Source: Raillietiella orientalis (lineage: Eukaryota). From it: DNA of 64,000 nt. The first letter of the stretch is position 1, and the number at the start of each line of letters is the position of its first letter. Shown here in pieces: positions 26,050 through 39,249 of this stretch. Location of the stretch: positions 1,054,001 through 1,118,000 of the forward strand of contig JAYWIR010000012.1 of NCBI GenBank assembly GCA_036172245.1. Reading direction: 5' to 3'. Made by a program: the position numbers and the translations under genes. The notes below the pieces were generated by a model, which saw only the letters and a program-made list of their open reading frames with translations, did not search any database and was not told where the DNA came from.

Positions 26050-26560
26050 GAAGATCGTTCCCGCGCCTGGTTTTAGAGTGCGGTGTCCTCCGTGGACCAC
26101 GAACGGAGGCTAGCCAGTGCCTCTGCACCCGGAAAACGTCCACAGGGATCGGCCGCGGGGGTTCTTCGCGCCAGGAGGACTGCCGGAAGGCGCCGTGATT
26201 GCAACGAGTTGCTGCATCCACACCGTTGTTGCAGCCCGTTATGTGCTGGAGTCCCGAGCGTGACGAAGGGATGGAAGCCGCCTACCTGGGGGCGGCTGCA
26301 AGGCGGTCTTACCTGGAGCACTATGGGGACGATTCGGTGGGGGGATTCGCATGGGGCGCCGTTTTTTTTGAGCCAGGAGGAAGTCCCCGTGCCAAAGATC
26401 CCTGTCACAGTTTTCCTTTATTTGTTTACCCGTTGTCCCTTTCCCTCCCTCTCTGGACTGCCCCTGTAATCGGCCTGCGAGTCGGCGACCCCTCCCCTTG
26501 AACTTCTTTTTTGCTTTGCTTTTGCTTTGGTCCCCAACTTACCTGTTGGTTTCTTGTGGA
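26050..26560 (+). mobile_element. Family B L1/Tx1-like 3' fragment
   Basis: TTCTTCGCGCCAGGAGGACTG..GATTGCAACGAGTTGCTGCATCC aligns with the reverse complement of 53490-53555. Confidence 0.55.
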
Positions 26561-26988
26561 TGAAGGCCCCGGCGTGACCAGATGGGAACTCCTTTCTCCC
26601 CCGTTCCCGAAGGTCATTTTTCTCCTGGCAAGAATTCGTCCTATTCCACTCCAATGTTCATGACCCTCCTCCGCTTCTCCTCCCCCCACTGCCAAGCATG
26701 TCAATCACCGAAATCGTCTCTGATTTCAAAAGTGCTCCTGGGTGGTTCGTGCGGCGCCTGTGGCCTATCTTCTAACAACGCACCCACTTCTTCCCTATGT
26801 CTTCCGATAGCACCTGCTCGGTTTGGGAGGCCAGTCCTACGCTCAGATCTTCAGGCGGTCCGCCTGCAGCTGCGACTGGCATGCCACCCCATTTTCTTTG
26901 GGGAGTTCCAAGAAGGCGACCGCGCGACTATTCGCTCTTCCCTGCGCCGTCATTGTACAGTACGAACATTGTAAAGTAAATGGGCGCA

Positions 26989-27500
26989 CTTATCATGTAT
27001 ATTAATATACATATTTGTGTATAGATTGACAGGAAAATCCATTTTAACATAAATATTATTAATATTAGTATTATTTCAACATAAATATGGTTTGTTATTT
27101 ATATTAAAATACGTATATTTATACACAGGTCATCAATCTATACATAAACATGTATATTGATTACTATAACAAGCACGTATATTTCTTTTTAACAGTTTTT
27201 ATATTATTTATAATACATATATACATCACTAACATGTATGTATTAATATACACATTTGTATATAAATTGACATGCATGTTCATTGTAACATACATATTAT
27301 TAATATAAATATTATTTTTAGTATATATATTTCTTAATTTACATATTTATAAACATATATGTTAAAAATACTGTCTAATAAATGTTCATGTGAATCCATA
27401 TACAAATATGTATATTAATATACATAATAAGCATGTATATTTATTTTTTTACAGCCTTCATGATATATATGCAAATCTACATATCTATATATATACATTA
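26989..27500. repeat. Very AT-rich tandem dimer of ~245 bp units, each with inverted ends
   Basis: GTAT..TAATATACA.ATTTGT.TATA.ATTGACA recurs at ~26997 and ~27237. 26989-27023 is nearly the reverse complement of ~27397-27431. Confidence 0.7.
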
Positions 27501-30500
27501 ATCTACACAAGAAACGTGCATGTCCAATTATGATCTTTCGAGATCTCGGCGTTCGGGATTTTGATCGGCGGCTGAGGCGGGAACTCTTCTGCAGCCCCTG
27601 ATCCCCACTTCGCTTTCCCGGGTCCTTCCGGGTTCGCTCTTCCCATCACGGTGCCCGTCATGCGGAGGTCGTGCTGACCGTGCGACCGCATCCGGGAACG
27701 GCACCGACCCGCTGAAACAATCCCCGCCAGGGATTTCCAAGCAGTTCGTCATCTGCGGGACCTGACACCGCTTCGAGTGCTTCCCAGTCTGGGTGAAGCG
27801 TGAGGCAGGAGAGGAGGACGTGAAGCTGCGTTTCCTTGTCCCCACGCGCCGTACAGATCTCTCCTGGATTCCTCTTCCGTCGTTCCGCTCTCGAACCACC
27901 CAGGGTGCCCCTGTGGTCAACACGATGTCCGGTCGTCGGTCACTCCTCCAAACCGCTGCGCCAGCTGCCCTCAGGGCGGCGTGCTGCACCTCGAAGCGGC
28001 TAGTGGCCATAGCGTGGGCGTTGTGGTCCTAGTGCTCATCACTCCTGGACCCCCAATGACCAATGAGTCCTCTTTCATGACTGGTCCCTGGCTCTCCTGC
28101 TACAACTTGATTTGTCCACTCAGCATTCGTATCGCCACATCAGCGGCGGCAGTCATGTTCTTCTGATGGCATTCGGAAGCTCCTTTGGAGCTCATGGTAG
28201 GATCAAGAAAGGAAGAAGGCATGTGGTCGTTGCAACTGCCACCAAAGAGAGAACATGCAGATGTCTTGGAAGGGAAGCTGCAGGTGACGCCTTTTCGTCA
28301 GCCACTCACCCAATGGGGTTCCTTCTTTCGCGACGTTTCTTCAAAGCGCGATGACAGGAATCCACCACGCCTTTCTACGGCGCGTTCCTCGAGGCTCATC
28401 CTCTTGCCGCAGAAGAGACGTCTCACATTTGAGCACGCCAGAGGAAGACATCTCTGGGATCTAAGAGAGATGTTAAGCATTCGATCTGGCGTGTCTCGAC
28501 AGATTTTCATTCTATAGGGAGCTCTCTTCCAGCACTCTGTTTCCATGGGAACGCCGTTCCTCGAAGCCCTTTTTTGGTGTCAGTTGCGATGCATCTGGTG
28601 GAAAATTCTAACATTTGTGACCACTCGGTTAGAATGCACCGATGCTTTCCGCTTTTCCGGATGCAACATCACCAACGCGTCGTTTCCTCCAGCTGCAGCC
28701 GTTCCATTTAGCTCACCATCCCATCACGCAGCTTCCATCGCGCCTTGCCTCTCCAAGACAGAGGCTGCGGAATCGCTCCTGGAGCTTGAATGACAAGCCG
28801 CTAGCGCTGTGCTTCATCATTAATCCTGGAAGTCCAGGTTCGGGAAACTTTTCCTCTTCTGATCCCTGGAACTCCTTCGCTCTTCCGTGGAAGCGTTGTG
28901 GTCCGCCTCTGCTTTCCACAGCTGCGGTGCGTTTCTCCCGCATCCTTACTGCAGTTCTTGCACAAGCTGAGGCAGGGAACGCCGGAATAAGCCCACGAAA
29001 CACCGGAAGATCTCGTGCGCCCGGCTTCTGTACCCCCACCGAGAGTCCCGAACGCACACCGATTCGATAGTGGGATTCCTCCTTGAAGATTTGCGCTTCT
29101 CTTCCATGATGGGTATCGGAAGGAGGAAGGCCCAAGCATCAGGCGTGTGGTGGACTTCTGAGTTGTGCTCCGGCAAACAGGCAGGCTCTCAGCCTGGAGA
29201 TGACGGGATGAACGCGTCGTTCATGGGAGCTAAGTCTTCAGTGTTAAAACAGGATGTATCTCAAAAACGAAAAAAAAGAAACTGAAGAAACAGAAAGCAA
29301 CGGCAACAGTGACAACATTCGAGGGGAAGCGTCGCTGAACTCTTCATCTCATTTCCAGATGCTCTTTCGGCAGCCGAAGAACTTTGGTTCTTCGGCTGCA
29401 CCCGACATCGATGGAATTTCCAAAAGCATTTCCCCCCGATCATCTGTGGACTGGCCATGAGCTTCGGGAGGGGCAACCATCCCGACACAGCTCATAATTT
29501 TTGTTAATGACTCTTTTGTTTATAAGGTCTCAGAAGCTGACTGGATTCTGGAAACCAGGAGAAAGCAGGAGTGAGGCCTCTTGGAGACTCCTGATCAAAA
29601 ATTCATCTGCAGTCCAAGGAGGTGGTGATCTTGCATTTGCTCTTTCGGGAGAGTTGCACCCTGATCTCTCTTTAGAAGATGGTGTTCTGCTCTAGGGGTA
29701 GAATTCTCTTCCTTTGAGAGTTCCCTCACATGTGATGGGGTGTCAACAAAGAAGGAATTCCGATCCAGAGATGAAGCCTCTCAGGCGCCCATTTCGCTGC
29801 AGAGATGCTTGCCAACTTCGTAAAAGCAGTTCGAATCGATCCTCAGAGATTAGCGCATTCCACGAAGGCAGCATTTCAGGAAGAGCAGGAGTTCTTCCAG
29901 GAACGGAAGTAATCCGACAGCACCACCCAGGGAGCTTGCTATTACTCGGCGCAATCCTGCGAGTGAGTCATGTTGTCAGTGGATACCACCAACACACGCG
30001 CGTCCTTTTGCGGGCTCGGAATGCGACCGGGAGATCGAGGAGAGTTGAACACAGAGGTACCCGACTTCAAATCCCAATGCATTCTTGGACTCCGTGACCG
30101 TAGTTCCCGCGGCTCCAAGTTTCGACGGTGGCGCACAGAGTCTCCTCTGATGCGATTAGAGGAGACTTTGGTTCCGGTGAGATTTCTAGGTTTTTCCTTC
30201 CACCATTCATCTTTTCTTTCCATCTTTGTCCTGCTGCCTACTTCCAGAAGGGTTTCCTCGACTGCACCCGTTCGAGAAGATCCCAGACTTCTCGGCCACT
30301 CTAATGAAATCCAAGCGCGATCTTCCCGGAACGAAAGCCCCCTTGCCGGCAAGGGATGACGCCGACTGGGGAAGGCGCTGAGCGAAATAAGCGGAAACCG
30401 GGCCTTGAGGAACGCGACCGACGGTTAGAGGCTCGGACGCCATCTACAGCCAAGTGGCCAAAGCTTGGCGCGAGCGGTTCGAGTCTCATCGCACTGCCGC
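27500..30500 (-). mobile_element. Decayed L1/Tx1-like ORF2 (RT domains 0-6, probable APE upstream)
   Basis: Ordered minus-strand remnants: LSFKLQERFRSL, CIATDTKKG (D.KKAFD-like), NVAKEGTPLG (GV.QG.PLS-like), AADVAI (YADD-like). Confidence 0.5.
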
Positions 30501-30629
30501 CGCATGGAGCCACACGCTCATTCGAGTCGGATCGTCGACCGCTGTCAATCACTGACGAGCAGCTGCTGCTCCCTTCGTCAGGAGTCACCTCGGAACCTGT
30601 ATGAGAACAAGCAGCCAGGCGAAAGGCAC

Positions 30630-31050
30630 AGCGGTGGTGATGAGGGCAGCAGCGATAAGAATGCTTGAAGATATCAAATATGAATAGCAAGGGTAGCAGT
30701 AGTAGTAGTAGCCCTCATGGCACAGTGGTAACGAGTTGTAGTTTTGATAGTGGAGACGATGATAGCGGTAAGGGTGAAGATGATGATGATAACAGGGATG
30801 AAGACAATGGTGAGGTCAACAAAGAAATAATAAAAGTGACAATGATGATGACACTACCCATGGCAATGCTAACAATGGAAGTAATGAGAATAGAAAGCAT
30901 AACAGTGGTGGTAATCATGAAAGAGACCGCAATAACAGTGACGATAATCAAGACAAGATGCTTATAATGATAGCAAAAACAATGACAACAATACTGATTA
31001 CGGGGCCATCAATGAGAATAGTAACAATTATTGCAATCATACTGATAATG
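30630..31050. repeat. Degenerate GAT/AAT/AGT trinucleotide low-complexity tract
   Basis: Runs such as AGTAGTAGTAGT, GATGATGATGATAAC and AATGATGATGAC extend over ~400 bp. Confidence 0.8.
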
Positions 31051-31156
31051 GGCAGAATTTTCGCTATTAATCAGAGGTACCTTCGGCACTCTTCCTCGCG
31101 TGCCGGAGCAGGGGTACCAACTCCCGGCGCCCGCCCCCGTGGCTCCCACTGCCTCT
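31022..31156 (+). repeat. ~135 bp direct repeat, copy 1
   Basis: TAACAATTA..ATACTGATAATGG.CAGAATTTTC.CTATTAATCAGAGGTACCTTC.GCAC..GAGCAGGGGT.CCAACTCCCGGCGCCC is shared with 36256-36392. Confidence 0.85.
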
Positions 31157-32084
31157 TACTGTGCAAGCGTTCCCGCAGGCCGCCTGCCAGTCGCCCCGCG
31201 CTACCCACCCGCTCTCGAAGCGCTCCTCCTGTCCGAGGGACTCCAGAGATGAGGGAGGGGGGCGGAGGGAAACAGTCGGCGATGCCCAGGGGCGTCTCCA
31301 GGACGGTGGAGGTTGGGGGGGCACCCAGATCCTCCGGGAGGGCTTCTCAAGCCCTCTCCACTGTCCCCGGCCTCTCGCGCGCCGCACGCCCCGGGTACGC
31401 CTCCCATCGCCATGATCTCCTTCAGGCTCGCTTCAGGAGCTGTCTTTCATTCCTCAAGAGAGAGCAAGCGCAATCTTGTTTGCTATGCCAAGGGGTATTG
31501 GAGACCTGCAGGAGTGCAGGGGTACGCTCTCCCTAGCCAGAGAAGCGCCCGCCCGTCTATCAGGCATCTTGGACCCAGCGATTATCACCGATGGGTGACC
31601 CTTCCCCTAGGAAGGAAGGCATCTCCTGAGAACGAAACGGACCCCCTCCATGGGTCTTCGGGAGGAGCTCTCCTTCCTCCTCGCCACGAGCGGCCCCTCC
31701 CCGGCTGCGGAAAACGGGCGCCTCTCCGAAGAAGAAGACGTTGCGAAAGCAGCAGGTCCCCAGCCCCGCCTCCTCGCGACCCGCCGGCTCCCGAATGGAT
31801 CCTCCGGGGAGCAGCGGCGCCCCTCTCCAGGCAACGCGGGCGCGCCTCCCAGGAGGGACCCGGATCCTCGCGGGTGGCACCTATGCTCGCGCGCCGCGCC
31901 TTGCGTGCGTCGACTCGGCAGCAGCAGCTCGCTCGGTCGCCACCAGTCCCGAGGGCACAGGGGCCGACCGGCCAAGGTGGCTTCTCCGAGCAGCCGGGTT
32001 TGTCATCCGGATCGGCGGGGCATTTATTATTAAAATTTTTTTATAAGAAAATTTCACCATAAAGTAATCATTAATGTTCATTTA

Positions 32085-32900
32085 CTTGGTTCTACCACGC
32101 TCGGGCGACTTGCCATAAACCGGTACGCAGATCGGTGAGGTCCTCTCCGTTGGCGGTGGGGTAGGGAATACCCAAAAAAAATGGAGCAAAAATTAACAAG
32201 AAAGGGAGGGAAGTGTCTTTTGGGGAGAAAAGGGGAGGGATGGGGTCGCCGGTCGCCTGGAGTGGTCCTCTGTATCCTGTTCAGGATGCTGACAAGTGCT
32301 GCTTTGGCAGTATTCCGATGAGGGGATTTTGACGCGGTCTCCAAAAAAATCGCCGTCCAGTTTTGCCTTTTCCTTTTGGGGTTCCACCTTGCCACGATCC
32401 CGCGTACGCAGCAGAGAACTGGCAGAGACGCGGCGGGGGTTGGGCATCACACATGAAAAGGCACCGGAAAATGCCTTTAGGATCACCTATTGGTATTTTG
32501 AGGATCAACGAGAGTCGACCCCAAAGTGGAGGGCGACGCAGTCTATTATGAGATGCGGGAAGGTTTCCTTTTCGCCTCACTCTGCACAACGGGCATCCAC
32601 ACTCCCAAGTTTCCAGTGAGAGAGAGACGTGCTCTGCAGAGGATTCCCCAATGCAAGAATAGTAACTCCGTCTCTTGTTACTTCATGGGAAGCGTGCCAC
32701 TGTCCCAGCACTCTGGAGGCCACTTCACCTCCTCCGGAGGTATTCCGAGCAGCTCACCCCAGTGCAGAAGTCCTCTAGACGAGACACTCGGGGTCGCAGT
32801 ATTCTCTAGCTGCCGAGTTGTCCACGCCTTCAAAAATGTTTTCCTGACTCCGATGAGGCAGGCACTTCCAATCTTGCCAATTCGTTGTTGTCGCTAGAGT
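32085..32900 (-). mobile_element. L1/Tx1-like 3' end (family C), copy 1
   Basis: Collinear with 44416-45300 (TTGGTTCTACCACG; CAGGATGCTG.CAA; CCCCAG.GCAGAAGTCC; GACACTCGGGGTCG.AGT; CCGAGTTGTCCAC). Confidence 0.65.
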
Positions 32901-33199
32901 TCTTAAGGGAGGGCAGCAGTGGGGCAAGGGAGGGGGGGGGCACTCCCCGGCTCACCAAAGATGCTCCCACGACTCTCTCGGGGATAGGAGACTGCTCTGG
33001 CAACGGAAGGTGGGGTTCTCTGGGCATCTTGCCGAAGTCTAGAGTGTGGCGAGCCTAGTGCTTCGTCGCGCTGAAGGTTCCGCGCGGAGGTCTTCAGGCG
33101 GCCGCGCACCCCCGCATGAACCGACGGGATTGGCGGCGCACCTGGCGGCTCCTCCGAGGACGGGCACGAAGCAGGCAGTTCGCCTGGAGGCCAGCAGAT

Positions 33200-34800
33200 G
33201 TCACGGGAGGCTCCTAGCGCGCGGCGCGAGCCGAGGAGCACCGGTTGCGTAAGGAGTAGCAGCGTCATACGAGACACATTGGAGGCGGGGAAGCTGCTGG
33301 CGGTACAGAGAGACCCCCGCACCCTCGCGAGGCGTGAGGGCGATGCGGGAAGAAGCAGGGATGCCAGCTGTGAAAGGTAAAAGCAGGGGGAGGTGAGCGG
33401 GGGCGGGAGGATGAAACGAGGGGAAGAAAAGGGGATACGGTAACGTGAGCGTCGAGAAGCTGCTGCCTCGAGGTCCACGTGGAGGTTGAGGTCGGTCCAC
33501 GTTGTCGGAAGGTCAGCGATATCGCGTTCCGGACGACGGTAGGGGATGCCACTCGAACCCGAAAATGCGAACGTCCTGGAAGTCTCAAGGGTCAGGCTTG
33601 GAGACGACTCTAAAGTAAAGATGGTCGGCGTTTCGTTATGCCCAGGGCATCATCTCCTCGGCGCCTCCACGTCTATTCCTCCACGCTCACTATGCCTCAG
33701 CCGGGAACCCGGACCTGACGCCTCACAGGGGTCTCCGTAGGGGACAGAGTGAACGCCGACTTGCCCTGCGAAATGCGCGCAGTCGGCTACCACCTCCAGA
33801 GACCTCGGGTGCAGGGGAGGCTTCTCCCTTCTTGGTCCCGCGAGGAGTGCGAGCGGGGATCTCTAAAGGGGAGAGCAAGGGCGGGAGTGGTCCGCCGAGG
33901 TCGTCTCAGTCCGGGGGATTGCAGCTCGTCTCGAGGGCGAAGGGGTCTTTCCTAGATCCTCTTGACAGCCTTGGGGCGTCGCCACCTCTTGCGGCTGCTG
34001 GAGCGGCAGATGGCCAGGAGAGGGCAGAGGTCACAATCCTGCTCCACCCGCACGGTGGAGAACGGGGCGCATCTCTCCTGACGAGCGGCGCGGGAGGGAG
34101 TGTTTCGGGTGAGTTCCAGAGGAGCAGGAGGGAACACGCAGGCTGTGCCTGCGGATAACTCGCCGTCAGCTCTGCCTGTCAGACCGTCAGAGGGTGCCCC
34201 TCCTTTTTGTCTTGCCCCTGGTGCCACATGAAGACGCATTCCTCCTCCAGTCATCAGCATCCTAGGTTCACATCGGCACCGCCTCGTTCCGTTTACGGCA
34301 CCGGAGATGCCCTGAGGCATTGGCGCACCGCGCTGACTTCCCACATGACGCGGAATCTCCTTTCAGTCTCGTGCCACGCCGGAGGGGCCGCGCGGCATCG
34401 GCTCGTGCCGGAGGGCTACGTCGGCGACTCGCTCGCAGCTACCTGGACCGCGTGCGGCGACCTCCAGCTTTCCTCCCGCATTGCGGGCTCCACTCCGTGC
34501 ACCGCGCCCTGCACGGGATTGATCTCTTTCCGGGAACCAAGGAAGACGACCCAGCCTCCAGGCAAAAAAGGTGTACGCGACGTGGTCAGTCAGAGTTCGC
34601 CCTCTGCAGGTGCTTCGACTCGACCCACTCCTTCTTCCAGCTGTTCATCGGCCTTCTTCGTCACAAACCTACCGGAGTCGCAGGACGGTCCAGAGCCTCT
34701 GTCTGGGCTCTTCCTCCGAGTCATTTCACTCCCCGCCCGGAAGGGCGGTGCACGGAGCACGCGATGAAGGGGGGGGGAGGGGAGGCGTAGATGCGACCTC
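33200..34800 (-). mobile_element. Possible decayed L1/Tx1 5' region (ORF1 and start of APE)
   Basis: GAVNGTRR and VFMWHQGQ resemble the Tx1 ORF1 motif (NG.R.....V.Y.GQP). Weak. Confidence 0.3.
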
Positions 34801-36255
34801 ACGCGACCAGAGCACACGTCCGCCGCAGTTTCATCCTCCCGGAAGCTGCGAGTCATCTGAGCGCCTCTCGGATTCCTCGATCTTCGCTTGCCCAGCGGGT
34901 GAGCAAGACGCCAGCTCGGTAAGGTGGGCCGGTGGCTCCGGGTCAACCCAATGCCCGGAGCCAGCTGCGCGTCGCTAACCCCATGCAGGGAAAAGCAGCA
35001 ACCACTGAGGGTGCCTTCTACTCGCGCGGTGAACTTGCGGGGAGGAAGGCCGCCCCGCCCCGTCCGCAGAGGATGACGTCATCCCTTTGAGGGGCGGTGG
35101 CGACCGGAATTTCCTCGAGTTGCCGTTACTGCCGCCGGCTCCCCCGGCGCTCCCCTGCGAGTTGGACGACCCGATGCGCGAAACCACGCTCCCGCGAAAC
35201 GAAAGCGTTGTCGGAGCGGTCTCCGCACGGAGGCGCGAAGATCTGCGAGATGAAATCCCATGGCAGCTTCCGGGTTCCTAGAGCCACGGCAGAAAGGATC
35301 CGGCAGCGCAAATCCTCGGCCAGATTTATCACTCGAGATGAACCTTGAATAATGAGAGCTGCATAAATCATCGTCGGGCGCGAGCCGACTGCGCGTCTGC
35401 TTGATAAGCCTCCTTGCAAATTAGTCCGTGCTCTTCCCGTTCCCTTGGAAACCGAAAGCTGGAGAGGGAGTGAGTTTCGCTACGCGGTCAGAAGACTTCC
35501 CCGGCCTTCATTTGGTCCTAAACAACCCCCTGGGTGGAAAGGTGGGGAGAGGGACCGTTCCTCAGCCTAAGATGGGAGATGATCCGGCCCGGACTGGGAA
35601 TCTCCTTCGCGTCAAGAGGGATCGGGGACTCCTGGACGAACCATGGCTCACATCCGGAGCGGCGGAGAGCCACCCCCTATCCGAGAACTCTCTTCGAGGC
35701 AGGATGGCGGTTCCTTTGGACCATCTTTTTTCTTCTGTAGCTTAGGAGACACAGACGGCAGATTGTCAGTTTACCCCTCTCCTGTTTGCCTTGTCAGTGG
35801 GGAAGGAGAGAAAAAGTGAAGGATCCGAGACTGTCCCGTCCTTCATCCGGATTGCATGGCGAGCGGCCCTAGGGTGGTCTCTTTTGAACTGCGCGGGTGA
35901 GTGGGTGGAGACGCATGCCCCACGGAGGACGACGCGAGCACCTTTCGAGCCTCATTCGAAAAGGAGGGTGCACCCCCCGCGCTTCGCCCCTGTGGCTGCT
36001 CCCCCTCTCTGAGATATCTGTGTGACCTGTCCTTTGGACATTTCGTGGAGAGGGCGGTCTCAGCCCTGGGTGTCCGAGAGGGATGTCCTCGCTGTGCTGT
36101 TCTCAGGCACCCGGATCCTGTCACTGAATCCATGAATTCTCCTTCGCGATAAGAAAAAAACGCAGCGGTACACGGACGCGAAGGTCATTTCAGTTCCCTC
36201 GGGCACCTCTCGGAGCCTTGCCTGTAGCCGAGAGGAGAACAAGAAGACTCTTGAC

Positions 36256-36392
36256 TAACAATTATGGCAATAATACTGATAATGGTCAGAATTTTCACTA
36301 TTAATCAGAGGTACCTTCAGCACCCTCGTCCTCGCGCGCCAGAGCAGGGGTCCCAACTCCCGGCGCCCACCCCCGTGGCTTCCGCTGCCTCT
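36256..36392 (+). repeat. ~135 bp direct repeat, copy 2
   Basis: See copy 1 at 31022-31156. Confidence 0.85.
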
Positions 36393-37099
36393 GCCGCCTC
36401 TGCCCTGACACGTTTGTAACTGAAGACACGGCTTTCTCTCCGGCAGCTCTTCCCCACTTGCTACAATAGCGGACAGGCTGCATCCCTCACTCCAGCTAGC
36501 TCCTGCCGCTGTCTTCGGTCAAGGACAGGACATCCTCCTTTGCGCGAGCCCTCGAGCAATGAACGGAACCGACAGCAAATCTGTTGAGAGAATGCGTTCC
36601 GCATGCCGGACACTGCGCCCCTTCAAGATCCTGCTTCAGCGCCTGCGATCCTCCAGCCTGTTGGGAAGGAGGCCACCCCCTTGAGGAGCCGGTCCACTGA
36701 ACTACCAACGCCCGCGCGCCGAGCCGGCTGGAACGAGGGATGGACGGAACAGGGAGTTCCTCCTCGAGGCCATCGGCAAGCACTGCAGATGCATAGCGAA
36801 AGAAGCTGAGCCTCAATTCATCTGAAGCCGTAACTGGATTTGTAATCCTGGAAAGGCGGTGCCGGGCAACGTGGAAATCGGAGTAATAAAGATGATCATG
36901 GAATCAGGTCCATGCATTACCAGACATATCTGCGAGCGCGTTTTACACTCATCCAGGAAACCGATTAATCACCACACAATGGGTCCAGAAGATTTAGGAT
37001 GACTAGATGGGTATTTCCAGTCTACTTGTGATGTACGAGCTTGGATCGGGACGATCTTAAGCGATCCTCGACGGAAGCATGAGGAAGAGTAATCATGGT

Positions 37100-37760
37100 C
37101 TAATGGATCCGCAAGTCTTCTGTGTGGAATCCACGGAAGTCTTCCGCAGTTCCCTGTACTTTTCGCCCTGTACTCCCTGATCAGGAGGAGAAAGCGGTTC
37201 TCTCAGTTAAATCTTCGAGAAACGACCTCGACCTTGCCCCGGCATGTGCCTACCTCTTTCTACCGTCGGTCGGCTGGAACAGTCTTCGTGAGGGAACGGC
37301 CACGAGGAAGCCTTCACTTGGACGAAGAGGAACGTCCTGCAGCTGTTGACAAAGATGATCGGAGCGAGTCTCGATACGTCCATCAGGGGCAACGAGGAAC
37401 TTGGGCCGAAGGTGTGCTGCCAATGGTTTCCAATGGTAGCTTGTCGATTGGAAGAACGCGAGTTTGAATCTTGACGGCAGGAGCAATACAGTACATCGAA
37501 TGAGTGAGATGATGGTGATGGGTGTACTGAGGTGTTATGGTGAACAGGGATTGGAGAGGTAGAATGGGGAGAAGGAGCAATCCTTGCGGATCTCCGAGGG
37601 TAACTCCAGAAACCTTCTGAAGGTCCTCTTCCAGCACAACGCCATCGCGTCGGGCGCACTTTGCTGCTTACATGGGATCGTGACTTCATGGAGCAACACT
37701 AGAGGAGGCCAGGACGACAGCAACGTCATCTATTCTGCTGTCCTCTTCATGAGGATAGCG
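37100..37760 (-). mobile_element. Decayed RT C-terminal fragment
   Basis: IDDVAVVL (YADD-like), followed by a frameshifted YLG-like motif. Confidence 0.35.
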
Positions 37761-38322
37761 TTAAGATGACCCCTTCTGGGAATCGTGAAACAGGAACTTG
37801 CCGGCATCCTGGCTACGGTGCAGAGGACGCCCTCCAGCATCCGATGATCTCTTCTTGAACCTCAATCCCTCAATTTTTTGTATCTTTATCCTGTTTTTCT
37901 TTTTGTCTGTCCCCTCTTCCCTCCCCCTCTGCTGCCGAGGCGAACCGCGCCGACATGCACGCCGGTTCCCGGCAGGTTCCTTTTCGTATATACGTGTAAC
38001 GTGGCAGGACGAAGCATCCTTCCACTGACCTGTATGTTTATTTTTGTATAAATAAACGCCCCGATGTAACCGGGTGTCAAACCCAAGCGCACTTACTTCT
38101 CTGGGACCCGAAAGGAGCCAAAGACGAGAGACAAAAGCAACGCATGCCATCAGAAAGCAAAAAAATCCGCTGGTTCTGGAGACGTCGCTAGTGAATGCGT
38201 GGATCCGCTCCCCATGACATCATCCTCTGCCAAGGAGCATCCACATTAGCAGTGAGCCACGCTTTGCGTTGGGCAGTCACTGCTTCTGTACTGCGGATCA
38301 CCTGCTGTTCTCCGAAGGCCGC

Positions 38323-39076
38323 TTTTTTTTTTTTGGTTCCCCAAGTGCTGCAGAACCGTTAGCCTGAGGTCCCACGAAGCTCTTTAGCACTTCCACGCCG
38401 CCCGAGGGTGTGTGTCAGTTCTTGAAGTCAGGGAGCACTCGAAGAGGGGACCACCCTATAAATCCAGAAAGGGCTCCAGAGAAACTAATTCTTTCCTCTT
38501 ACGCTTTGGAGGAAACTTCGTAGGGAACTCCTTCCTTATTCTCTCTCTTTTCTGTTCTCTTTAAAAGAGTAACAAGGAGCGACTGTCGCTCCTCTTTTTC
38601 TTTTCCGAGGGAAGCCGGGGAGGATCCGCTCCTGGAATTCCTTCTTCAGAGAGGAACCTCTCCTTGTTACTCCTTTAAAAAGGACCCTTAAGGGAGCAGA
38701 TTGACACTCTGGAAAAGTATCAATCAAGCCAGCTCCATGGCAAACGATGGAGGGTCTTCTCGAGAGGGGAGACGGTTCCATTTTCACAGCCTGAAGGTAA
38801 CCTCAAAGGCTCCTTGATGTCCTGGAAGGACTCTGGATGGTCAACTTCCAATCCAGTCAGGCAGTCAACTATGCATTCAGTTTCCGTCTTCAACCATTGC
38901 TGCTGCGTATGAAGCCAACCAGCGTCGTCATCCTGCGGGGAAGATGGGGAGTCGAGATCCACGACGCACTCCCCGTTCTCGGCGTTGAGGTGAGATTTAC
39001 CGGGCGGCATTCGAGCCCGCAACACTTGGCAACACGTGCAGACGAAGCTTGCAGTTACATGGTCCCCAGGGCGGGT
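38323..39076 (-). mobile_element. tRNA-headed SINE, copy 1
   Basis: Poly(T) on + (the minus-strand A tail), the shared body GGACCACCCTAT.AATCCAG, and a degenerate B box GGGCTCGAATGCC. Confidence 0.75.
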
Positions 39077-39249
39077 GTGTGGATATGACCGCCACTCTTC
39101 GACCACTGCTTAGTTGAATGTTTTGCCCGCTAGAGCAGCATCCACAATAAGAGGGGGCAGACCAGAGTGCCCGGCGTGGAAAAACCCTCGACGCTGAGGA
39201 TCTGAGGAATCCCAACTTTGTTGCTAAGGAGCATCACCATCTGATCCAC

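Noticed and set aside
30665..30967. Asp/Asn-rich or Thr/Ile/Met-rich protein
   Set aside because: This is the translation of a degenerate trinucleotide tract.
36850..37120. Tc1/mariner transposase remnant
   Set aside because: The resemblance is vague, with no intact DD34E or SPDLNPIE motif and no TIRs.
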